From the NCBI GenBank assembly GCA_026025075.1, contig JAPEUI010000023.1, positions 1-64,000 of the forward strand: 64,000 nt of DNA, read 5' to 3'. The notes under the pieces are model-generated. The model did no database searches and had not been told where the DNA came from. It saw only the letters and a program-made list of their open reading frames with translations. Positions 53,245 to 64,000 of the stretch are shown here, in pieces (the stretch's first letter is position 1; every line of letters starts with the position of its first letter). Source of the DNA: Vezdaea acicularis. Lineage: Eukaryota. Both the position numbers and the translations under genes were made by a program.

Positions 53245-54316
53245 TTTGTAGATTGCTACATTGAATAGTTATCCTTTTCTGTTCTCTTGAGTAGGATGTC
53301 GAGGCGCTCACCACAAGACTGATGGATCTAAGATATATGCGCCAGGTCCTGTTGGCAGCTTTTAAAGACCGACTTCAGATCATCACGCCATCGTCACTGA
53401 TTGGTTGCATGAATAATGCTTTGTTACGGAAACATTGTCTTTGATTGCATGGCCTGAATGCTAGTTCACGGGCTGATAGCATTCACTCATCGTTCGAAGG
53501 AGGATAAATCGGTTCATGGGTTTATCAAATCTGCCGACTCCCGAGGCTCGGAGATGGTGTGTAAAAATGTAATACCATGCGAATGGGGCCTGCCCTTGTA
53601 ACATTTTAGGCATATCTTGAAGGCCGAATTCGTGGCCTGGAGGCCTGCTAATAAGCAGGCTGACATGATGCAGTGTTGATGCGAGGCTCCTCAGAACCTT
53701 GATTGCTAACCAACCTTGAGGGGGTCCAAACCCCGAATACACACTGCCTCGGCTCGCGCTACAAGCGTCTTCAGACTTTTGCCCCCAACCAATAGTCATT
53801 GAGTTATTCGTTGTTTAGAAATGCTTCCAAGAATGGCTGTCCTGTATAGCTAAGGATGTACTAAGTCCGCCAAACCCCGAGCAGTTGATTGTAGCATTTA
53901 TTTTCCCCCCAGGGCTGGTGTAACGCTTCGTTAACCGCGGAGCCAGCATTACGATTATCCGATCAAGTCCGTCGTTCTGCGAGCGTGATTAACTGAATAA
54001 GCATCCCCTTCTGCGCGGCGTTCAATGCACACCTCGCGCGCATACCCTCGAAGGGAATGGCTAGCACTTCCTCTACCCCACCGCAGATGGGACTGGCTGT
54101 CATCAAGAAAAATTATGGCACAAGCTGCTATGGCCACTCCGAAGTTCGTGAAATTGAAGCTATATATATGAGGTCCCCATCATCCCGTTTTAGAGAGTTA
54201 ATTCGATATCGTACAACCAAGTCAATCCTATATATTAATAGATAATTTCTCCAACCTGCCTGATCTGTTTCACGTCTTACACCGCTTTACTGCCCTTCGA
54301 TTAACACTTGTTAGAA

Positions 54317-55183
54317 ATGTCCACTCAGCAGACCGCCAAGACGCAATACATTGAAGCCAATGGCAACAAGATTGCCTACCGTTACTTTGGCAAAGCTACT
54401 GGGACTCCCCTCTTGTTCATGCAACACTTCCGCGGTGGTATGGACCATTGGGATCCTTCTTTGATCAATCCTCTCGCTTTGACGCGTCCAATTCTGCAGC
54501 TTGACAACTCGGGAATTGGCAAAAGCTCTGGTGAGGTCCCTGACACCTTCAAGGGATGGGCAGCCAACGCTATTGGCCTCATCGAAGCCCTCGGCCTCAA
54601 AGAGGTGGACCTATTGGGGTTTTCAATGGGAGGGATGGCGGCCCAGCTGGTCGCTCTTGACGCTCCTCAACTCGTGCGAAGACTCATTCTCGCTGGAACC
54701 GGGCCTAGCGCGGGCGAAGGTGTAGGGCGAGGCCCGGCTTGGGCATTTGAGGCACTTGCGTCCGCCACCACACATGAAGAGGCCGAAGATGCTTTCCTGA
54801 AAACCTTCTACAGCCATACTCCAGAAAAGCAGGCTTTGGGGAAGGCATGGTGGAAACGAATCAACGAGAGGACAGAAGACCGGTCTGGTTATTTAGGTCC
54901 TGAAGGGACACAACACCAGATCAATTCCGTGATCGCTTGGTTGACACCTGGAACGGAAGGAGGGTCGTATGATCGCCTGGCAGAGCTGAAGATTCCAGTG
55001 TTCGTTGCTTCTGGAGACGACGACTTGTTGGTGCCAACCGAGAGCAGCATCTTACTGTGGAGGAAAATCAAGACCGCGCACCTCCATATCTATCCGGATA
55101 CAGGGCATGGGTTCCTAAATGAATACGCAGAAATGTTTGCTGAGCATATCAGACTATTCCTGGACGGGGAGAGAGTCATTTAG
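54317..55183 (+). CDS. Alpha/beta-fold hydrolase, intronless
   Basis: Nucleophile elbow GFSMGG, acid in GDDDLLVP and His in YPDTGHGF; QHFRGGMDHWDP N-terminal motif. Confidence 0.92.
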   Translation: MSTQQTAKTQYIEANGNKIAYRYFGKATGTPLLFMQHFRGGMDHWDPSLINPLALTRPILQLDNSGIGKSSGEVPDTFKGWAANAIGLIEALGLKEVDLLGFSMGGMAAQLVALDAPQLVRRLILAGTGPSAGEGVGRGPAWAFEALASATTHEEAEDAFLKTFYSHTPEKQALGKAWWKRINERTEDRSGYLGPEGTQHQINSVIAWLTPGTEGGSYDRLAELKIPVFVASGDDDLLVPTESSILLWRKIKTAHLHIYPDTGHGFLNEYAEMFAEHIRLFLDGERVI

Positions 55184-55969
55184 GAGAGGGTTAATCGTTC
55201 CTGTAATCCACCGTGCTTAGAGAGAGAAGTAGATTGAAACCTGCCATTAGCGCTATTAATCCTGGTATCGACAGCTCTATTGAAATGACTATTTGTGAAA
55301 AATTAATAATCCTGGACGAAAGTGCCGTAAGCCATCACTTCTTTGTTCTTCAGTGTATGCCAGTCTAGACCAAAACCAATATCGGCTCAGCCCGCCCTAT
55401 AAGGCGATCGGCTAGTTCACCTCCGAAGCTGGGGACAAAATTGATGGCGCATTAAACGGGGGCTCCCCCATAGGTAAATGCTTCACGCATAAAACGACCC
55501 TGGCAGGCTGCGGATATAACCTGTAGTATAAGAATCTAGCAAGAGCAATGGCGTAGTACTGTTGAGCTAATATCAAGAATAATCATGGTTGATTGCCAAC
55601 GATGTCGAAACTGCTGAACATAACGCATACCGATGGGTGAACATGCCCATTATTCGCTTATGCGCCATCGAATTTGTCCACAGCTTCGCTCAACCATTAG
55701 ATCTTTATTGGTTAGACGACACTAGATCCACTGTTAAAATAACTTGAGATGGTAATTGATTGATATACACGCTATGTTAATCGACTTCCCCACCATTCTC
55801 CAACAACTATTATACAAACTATAATTACCAGTGCGGGCAAATAGTCCGAGGTTTCAAAGAGTATCTATGCTATCCACCTCTTTCGAAGACTGTGGCGGAA
55901 AGACTTCTCGATAACCTCTACACTAGATTCCAATAAGCGGTCGGAATGTACGGATTGCCATAGCGGCCT

Positions 55970-57715
55970 CTATAGGGTGGCGCCGACCAGTTTGGCCCAT
56001 GCGTCAGTGCTAAATGACTTTGGTCGTTCGATTGGCGCGCCAACAGCTCGGTCGATAATCAGCTGGGGCAGTACGCCGATAGCTCTTGAAACGCCAAAGA
56101 GAACTGTGTAGAAGCTTGACTCAGTCAAGCCGTAGTATTGCAAGAGGACACCAGAATGCTAGAGAACGTGAGCAGGTTGACTAATGCCAGAAGAGTTGAG
56201 TAAACATACAGCATCAACATTAGGATATGGGTTCTTGGTTTTGCCATGCTCTGTAAGAACTCCTGGAGCAATTTTATAAACCTGGCTGACAAGTTTGAAC
56301 ATAGGGTCATCAGGCAGCTTGCGCAAAGCAAACTCTCGCTGAGAGACATAGCGAGGGTCCGTTTTTCGCAATACAGCATGACCATATCCAGGAACAACTT
56401 GGCCAGATTTAAGTGTAGACCAAAGATAGTCAGTAATAGCCTTGTCACTAAGGTCGTTCCCAATTGCAGTCTTCATTTTTGTGAGCCAGTTTAGAACCTC
56501 TTGATTAGCGAGCCCGTGCAGCGGCCCAGCCAGCCCATTAAGACCAGCTGCGAGAGATAGCATGGGGGAGCTCAACGCACTTCCTACCAAGTGAGTGGTG
56601 TGTGCGCTAACATTTCCACCTTCATGATCGGTATGGATGGTGAGGTACAACCTCATCAATTCGACAAAATCGTGGTTGCCACCGAAGCCAAGTTGGTTCG
56701 CCAAATTGTAAGCGTAATCCTTGTCCTTCTCTACTGGAGCCACTTTCCCATCTTTGTAGACATTGCGGTAGATCTTTGCTGCGATCGTAGGAAGCTTGGC
56801 AATCACATCTAGAGAATCCTCGAAAGTATAGCCCCAGTACTCCTTCTTATTGATACCCTTCGCATATGCCTTTGCAAATGACGATTCATGCTCAAGGGCA
56901 TTGACAGCTATAGCGAGTTGGGCCATTGGGTGGAGATTATTTGGGCAACGGTCAATAAGCTCTTCGACGAACTTGGGTACATCGGCACGAGCAGCTAGGT
57001 CCGCCGAAAGGTCACGAACTTGTTGTTCACTTGGAACCTCGCCAGTAAGAAGGAGCCAAAAAAGACCTGGCGGGCATCAGTCTCTGAACATTGTGGTCTT
57101 TGCCCATAGTTCATACCTTCAGGAAGCGGCTCTTCCCCCCCTGGGGCTTTTGGAAGTAGCTTTTGGCATTCTGGAATCTAAAAGTGTCAGTACTTCTTAG
57201 CCGACAACATGGTATGAGAATCAGCTTACAGTCTTTCCACGAAAGCGAATCCCTTCTTCAGCATCAAGTACCGAGCCCTACAGAATGTTGAGTGATCAAT
57301 ATGACCTAATGGGGCTGAATATACTAACCTCCCAAACCAGTGACTTTATACCCCGGGCTCCACCGTAGACCTGATCTAGAGTGACCTCGCCAACAACTTT
57401 TGAACCGTAACCTCTAGATACAGGAAAAATATTAGTGGGGGCACATCTAGACTAAGTGTTGGGAATACTTACGAGCGCAACTTCTTGATCTTTTCAATCT
57501 CACCAGGTAGTTTCTCGGCGAAGCGTTCCTTTAATGTCTATTCAAGAATATGATTAGAAATGTTATCGGATTTATCTAGTAGTTTCCACGGCTACCTGAG
57601 TCTTTGCTGATGAATAGTATCTTAAGCCGTTGAGCGCTGCTATCTTCGGGCTTACTGATGACCGAGAAATGGGCGTTCGGAAAGCTGAAGCTCCTAATCG
57701 TAGTGACGAAGCCAT
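55970..57715 (-). CDS. CIT1: Mitochondrial citrate synthase
   Basis: Presequence [65 protein letters not shown] and NVDAHSG. Confidence 0.97.
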
Positions 57716-58523
57716 AGAAACGGTGCTCCTCAAAGTGTCAGAGCCAATTGAGATTGTGTGAGCGGAAGAAGTTCCTTATGGACGGAAATGACGAAATTGT
57801 AGAGCTTGCAGGAAATTCGGGTGTTCAAGGTCAACGCAGCCGAGAAGCTCCCCAACCATCATCCAAAATGCCATGTCTTCATCGTGAATTTTAAGCCATA
57901 TGATATTTGTCCTCTGTAGCTTAGATACGTAAATCTATCAATTAATCCCCCCAAATGGTCCAAAAAAGGACACGAAATTCATGGGACCTGGTTTTAACAA
58001 CTGGGTTCTATCACGTGCATATCGGCTGTTTTTGCACAAAACCAGGTGGTAATGAGGCTTTTCTCCCATCTCGCTTCGATCAACTTCATCACCTCTTCCC
58101 TTGTCCGCTCGTTCGTTCACTTTGATTTCTTCTCATCATGTCGAGACTTCTGACGCAGTACTGATCTGAATTCTGAAACTACCAGTAGTTATCACTGCTA
58201 TATGGCAGAAGAAGAGGCTCGGTGATTGTAGTCGCCTTAGGACGGGACTTGTGTTGCACTGACCGCGTCACACCTCAAAGCTGTAGTTGAACGTTGAAGA
58301 ACACACGACACATCAGACCTGTAGTTGAATGTTCAAAAGCTCATATTATCTGATCTACTGTTCTTAGACAGAGCTCTTACTTTCTTGTTTTCAGCGTAAT
58401 ACTGAGAGCAAAACTTGAGGGCCTGTGAATCGCGGCAGCGACTGAGTCACTAGACAGCCATCATAACTCCTTTGCAGGGATTTCTGAATAAAGCAACTCG
58501 CACGTATTACTGGAGAAGTGGCA

Positions 58524-61329
58524 ATGGCTGCACCTGTGGCTGAACTCGACGCGGCCTTGGTCAGCATGCTTGCCCTCAAAGCACCCGGAGTATCGGGGAG
58601 CAAAATTAAAGCGATGACAGAACTGTGCAATAAAAACGTGCAGGTAACCTCACCCAGACATCAAGGGAAATAGCTCTCCAAGAGTATACTCCTTGCCTTC
58701 AATCTTTAGCTTCTACTAACACACGGTGTACTAATAGTCCGAATCTGTTCTAATTCAGAAAATATTTACCCACTTCAAAAAGGCGCCGGGGACGCATAAG
58801 CTTGGTGTTCTCTACGTGGTAGACAGTGTAACGAGAAAATGGATAGAACAAGCAAACAAACAGCAGCAAAAGCTTGATAATTCCGCTGCTGATGGCTCTT
58901 ATGCTGCCGGTGTCAATAGAATCACTGAGCTACTACCAGTACTCATGAACGATATAACCATCCATGCCCCTGGAGAACAAAAGGTATGAATATAGAATTT
59001 AAAGCTTTATGTGCTACATGTCAGGGAGTGCTCGTTAGCGGTTGTAGTCCAGACCAGCTATGCTTCCCGCATCGTTCTGATACAACCCAACTGCACCTAT
59101 CTCTGAGCAAAGTATACGAACATGAACTTACGTATACTCTATCTTTTCTGTAGGACAAAATTAAGAAGCTTGCAGATATATGGACTCGATCGCATTCGTT
59201 TCCTGCGGAGATGGTTGCGTCCTTTGTTAAGAAAATAGATGCCATGAGATGTAAGGACTTCCTGCCAGGATCAACTGATCTTGAACCTGCAATTCTAACA
59301 CTCTATATCTGTTGTAGCTACCGATTCCACCACACCAACCAATTCACCTCCTGCTGAGGCTCGGCCATCTGCAACGGCATCCAATCCATCGGAAACTCAT
59401 AATGTTTTGGCTGCTCTTGCTAACCTTGCGAAGCAAGCAACCACGGCGCAATTAGCAGCCAGCATCCCAGCATTGGATAGCTCTCAAATTGTAACAGGTA
59501 CACAGAGTGCGTTTGCACAACCACATGCTCACGTAAATCAAAATCCATCCTTTCCGGCGCCCGCCACACCTGTAAATATGCCCGGTGTGGCAAACATAAA
59601 CTCCCTGCTTTCTGGAGGTAGCTTATATAATTCTGCATATCCGAATCCACTTAATGGCAGTGCATATCCCACTCAGGTGGCTGGTCCTGTTTCTGTAATG
59701 CCGCAAGTACAAGTTCCAGTTGTAGCTCCGGCTCAACCAGCTCAAGTTCCTGCAAGCGTTGGTGCAAATGAGAATTTACAGCAGCATCTTCAAGTTTTGC
59801 AAGTACTTGCTCAGCAAGGTGTTCCACAAGACCAATGGGGTGCAATAATAGCGACATTGATCTCTAATGGAACCCTTCCCGGAGTACAAGGTGCTAGTAA
59901 TAATGCGGCTCCGGCCCCAAACTGGGCTCAGACTGGTGGCAGGCAGGACCAACAGTCACGTGACCGGGACACTCTCATGCGATCTCCTCCTAGTCTCAAT
60001 CAACGTTCCAACCGTGATCGCTCTCGTTCTCCGGAAGGAAGACGTCGTGATCGTGTCGAATCTCCGCCGCAGCGTCGTGGGAGTCCAGACTATGGGCCCT
60101 ATCAGCACGACAACTCGCAGGGGGGTGGGGGTGATCGCCGCAGTCGCGAAAGAGGTGGCCGAGGACGTGGATCCCAGTATCGAGAAAGGAGCCCGGTGAA
60201 TCGTCGACGAAGCCCAAGTCCTGCCCCACAAGTAGTTGCTCAAGAGACTCCGCAAATGTCGAAATGGGTGGGTCATGATGAGACGCTCGGTCCGGAAAAT
60301 ATCAAAGGTAAGCGACAAGCATCCCACCAGCTCTATATCTGACCACATGGCTAAAAGCATCCCAGTGATGAGTCGGACTCTTTTTGTTGGAGGTGTCACG
60401 TAAGTGTTGATGTAGGCCCAGGCGGAAGTATTCCTATATTAACTGGTAGAGATGTAGTTGCACTGAGAAGGACTTGCGTGGGATCTTCAGCAAGTTTGGT
60501 ACTGTTCAGACCTGCATTGTTAATCAAGACAAACGCCATGGTTTCGTAAAGATGCTCTCCCGCTACGATGCGGTTCAGGCGAAGGAAGGAATGGAAAAGT
60601 ACGCCTCTAGCGCAGAAATGCAATTGAGGGTGCGTTCGGTAATTATTGAGTTCTTCTTGCGCTCTCCATTCACCGATGCCTGTGTGTATTGAATGACTAA
60701 CGATGGGTGCTTTTCAGACTCGCTGGGGTGTTGGGTTTGGTCCTCGAGACTGCAGTGATTATCAGACTGGCATTAGCATCATCCCGATTGGGCGTCTCAC
60801 TGATGCCGATCGTAAATGGATGCTGACTGCTGAGTATGGGGGTTCTGGTGGGAAACCAATCGTTGGCGGAATGTGTGTCGAGGAGCCAGACATTGAGATT
60901 GGCCAGGGCGTAAGCTCCAAAGGTTTGTTGTCCCCTTCCCTTCCCCCTCTCCCATTCTATTCATGAACTCACATTCTCCTCGTAGCCATCTCCAGGCGCA
61001 TGGTGACTGACACTGGTGGCCCGACCGGACCCCGCTCTACCAAGCTCCCAGAAGCAAGCCAGGGTCATCATGGTAACAACAGTGGTAGCAACACATACGG
61101 AAGAGGAGGAGGGAATCGTTTCCGGCAACCCCAGGAAGACGGCCTCAGCCACAACTACAGTCATAGCCACAGCCCCGCCCTCACTCCGACCACCAACAGC
61201 ATGGCCAACATGCCTCTTCCTATGCCTGGCTTCGGGTTCCCGCTCATGCCAAACGGTATGCCCGGTGGTATGCCCATGTTCCCGCCTGGCTTCATGTTTC
61301 CGGGTATGCCTCCGCCTCCGAATTCCTAG
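58524..61329 (+). CDS. NRD1: Nrd1/Seb1 CID- and RRM-containing RNA-binding termination factor
   Basis: CID KAPGVSGSKI..THKLGVLYVVDSVTR; RS-rich region; RRM SRTLFVGGV..QTCIVNQDKRHGFVKM..RWGVGFGPRDC..VEEPDIEIGQGVSSKA. Confidence 0.95.
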
Positions 61330-62079
61330 AGATAGACACAGCTTCGCTCTCACTGATTTCCTTGGATCTTCTTTCCCCGCATGGCACGGATTCTGGATTC
61401 AGCGCCACTTGTACGGGTCATTAGCTGGACGGGATGGGATGGGATGCACTTCTTCTTCTGGCGTCGGGAAAAATACCCCACTGGCATAGCATAGGACGGC
61501 ATGGAATGGGGGGATAGGGCAGGCTTTGGAGTTTATGTTTTGTTTCGCTCGCTCTCTGATGGATTCGAACTTCACTCACGTGCGTACTAGTCGAGGATCG
61601 AGACCGCTGTGGCTCGTCCTCTGTATCTCTGTGGCTCTGTGGCTCCGCGGGGCTTGTCTCCTGGTCACAGCTTTGTTTGCTCCCTCTGCAATGATGTTTG
61701 CTCCTTTAGCTATGTAATATCTAGTTCCCGCGCATCGGGCCGGTGCTCTGCAGCTAAGAACCAGACCCCGCCAAGCAGCCCTAGCAATTTTAGAAAAATC
61801 AAATGATCTTCATCCCACTTGAACCTTCTTTTCCTCCCCCATGCGCTGATCCTTTCTCTCTCTCTCCCCCTCTCCCCCTCTCTTCCGCGCGTTAGCGGAA
61901 TGTCATTCGTCGCCGCCAAGCATGGCACTCGTGTCGGCCTCGTCATCAATAGCCTCAGTTCTCTTGGCTGGGCATTCCTTCCTTCTTTTCCCCCCTCCCT
62001 TCCTTCTCCACCGCGGCTATCTCCCCGTCCTTGCGCTTCCCCAAGACCCAAGAGAAAAAGCATGGTCCCTCTAAATCAG

Positions 62080-63845
62080 AGCAGCTCTTGGCATCGGCCT
62101 TCGCAAAGGAGGTTTGAGACAGACGCTCTATTCTAGAAGGTAGGGTAATCCCCCGTACCTCCTAGCCATTCGGCCAAGAAGGTATACGCGTCCCAATATA
62201 TCCCCACCCCAGGGAGATGCAATCTGATTTCCCCCGGCTGCATCCCTACTGATGCCCGCGATGATCTGCGCCGGGGGGGAAGGGTGTGATATTGCCTCGC
62301 GCTAGGATGTTGTCGCTGCTAGAAAGAGAGAAAGCATGGCATGTCACAACATTACTTGGCAGCGACCTAACCCGCACAGACCACAAGGCGGATGCGGGAG
62401 AGGAAGGGGGGGGGGTCTCAGATCTATCTCCCCCGCCAAGAACAACGATCAACGACGACGAGAAGAGGAAAGGAGATTACAGCCAAGCAACGATGGATGA
62501 GGGAGAGATGCGCGTCAACTCTTCTTCCAGTCATTAAATCCCATGCGTAACACCAGTAAGTGAACACCACACCCCCCCCCCCCCTCCCCTGGGCAGCCCC
62601 GAGGAGAGACAAGCGCAGCCGCAGACTCGAGCGGGTATGCCACACGCGCCAAGTGCCGCGCCAAGCCCTTGGAACTTTCTTGGCCCGCAGCCGCGATCTG
62701 CCATCGAAAGTTACCCCGTAAACAGGATGAAACGGGTTGAGGTCTGTGCGGGGGCATTGGAGCGGGTCGGGTGGGCGGGGTGCGGGGGGGTCTGTGCTTT
62801 TGGGGAGGTTTCAGGTGGGGAGAGGTTTGGGGTTTGGGCGGGATGGGGGATTGTGAAGAGGGGTGTGGATCTTGGGTAAGGGGGGTGATCGTGGGGTTAT
62901 GGCGGGTTGACAGGGGGAGGGGAGGACGATGGAGGAAGTGGAGGGGAGAGAGACTTGGCATTGAGTTGGAAAAGAAGAATACGTAGAATGTGTAAATCGG
63001 GAGTAAACGAGTCGTGAATCTGTAAAAACCTACAAGAAAAAAAGTAGCCAATAAGCGTACAGCCTATTCGAAGAACATCCCAAAGGAGTAGAGTCGCTCA
63101 GCAGACAAAAGTACCAGGGCCAAACGCGACATCATCCCCCAAAGCAGAAACCCGCAATCTCACCCAAGCACCGAAAAGGGCACCGAAGACCCAATTTCTC
63201 CCTCCTGACCAATACCAGGGGGCCTTGAGGCAAAAACCCGATGTGCTTATCATCCGCACCGCAATACGTCCACCTCAGCAGACCAGACACGCATCCCCAA
63301 AGCGTCGAGCTAGCGCGCTAGCGATGCTGCGCTGGGATATTTCCTTCTGATTGGCCAGCGATAATGGGGGGGGAATTGGGTTTCGGTGGGCCGGGATGGG
63401 GAAAAAGCTTGGTGGTGTGGGCGCTCTTTGGGAGGTGTGGAGACGAGGCATTTTCGGGCGACGGCGGTCGGAGGATTCGGCCGTGGCATGGTTTTTTATG
63501 CTGGGTTATGCTGGCACGCTCCCGGTTTCGCTGAGGAGGAGGAGGAGGCTTTGTGTAAGGGAGGCCCGGAAGGGTGATATCGCTGCTGCGAGGAGAGATT
63601 GCTGCTGCTGCTCTTTCACTTTCTCTCTACACAATGGGTAGAGCTGGAAGGGAAGAGGCGTGCGGTGCATCATCATCATCGTGTCATCATCCTAGTTGGC
63701 ACCCACGGGGTTTCTTTGTGCAGGGACTGTGCCGGCTTGGCGGGCGAGCTAGCTGATTGGCGCACGCAGCTGGATGCAAATGCACAATCGGCCTTGCGTG
63801 CGAAGCTACCACTCGGCTGCATGCATGCCAAGAGCCGTTTTGAAG
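62080..63845 (+). ncRNA. Putative telomerase RNA (TER/TR), ~1.8 kb; ends approximate
   Basis: Template CCTAACCC 62366-62373 abuts helix 62312-62322/62356-62366; core-enclosing helix 62301-62309/63688-63696; CR4/5-like junction 63716-63787; end-closing helix 62084-62094/63825-63835; no credible ORF. Confidence 0.72.
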
Positions 63846-64000
63846 GAGAACTTTGAAGAACTTTGATATTCGGGGTTCGGCGCGGATGTCGTATTTGTTG
63901 TCGTGGAGAGGATGGAACGGCGTTCTCCTAAGATAGAATGAAGACCCCTCGAAGAGGCATGTCTGGAAGGTACATTTTGCCTTTACATGCGGATGAGATT

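Noticed and set aside
62515..63856. ORFs of 60-178 aa in the terminal region
   Set aside because: Low-complexity P/G-rich translations, better explained by the structured RNA.

Overview
Gene-dense eukaryotic DNA from a filamentous ascomycete (Pezizomycotina-type short spliceosomal introns with CTRAY branch sites). About 28 protein-coding genes can be reconstructed by hand. Most are housekeeping: a Wss1-like protease, KDM4 demethylase, YAG7-like protein, CENP-W, NDUFA8, Nup57, Tom5, Iws1, copper amine oxidase, Chz1, Bet1, Apc15, Erd2, Emi1, a PUF protein, Rsm27, RNase III, Pex39-like, Scd6, Abp2, Pmp47, Raf1-like WD40, Atl1, citrate synthase and Nrd1/Seb1. A small accessory-looking patch at ~47.8-55.2 kb holds a Pth11-like membrane protein, a 76-bp tandem-repeat element with telomere-like motifs, a Rossmann-fold protein and an intronless alpha/beta hydrolase. 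The main non-coding discovery is ~62.08-63.85 kb (+). It lacks a credible ORF but shows the ordered architecture of a fungal telomerase RNA: end-closing helix, core-enclosing helix, template-boundary helix abutting a CCUAACCC template, long arms and a CR4/5-like three-way junction. A second, unassigned, highly structured + strand RNA candidate lies at ~8.9-9.3 kb. All assignments come from manual reading and recalled family motifs; no searches or folding programs were run.
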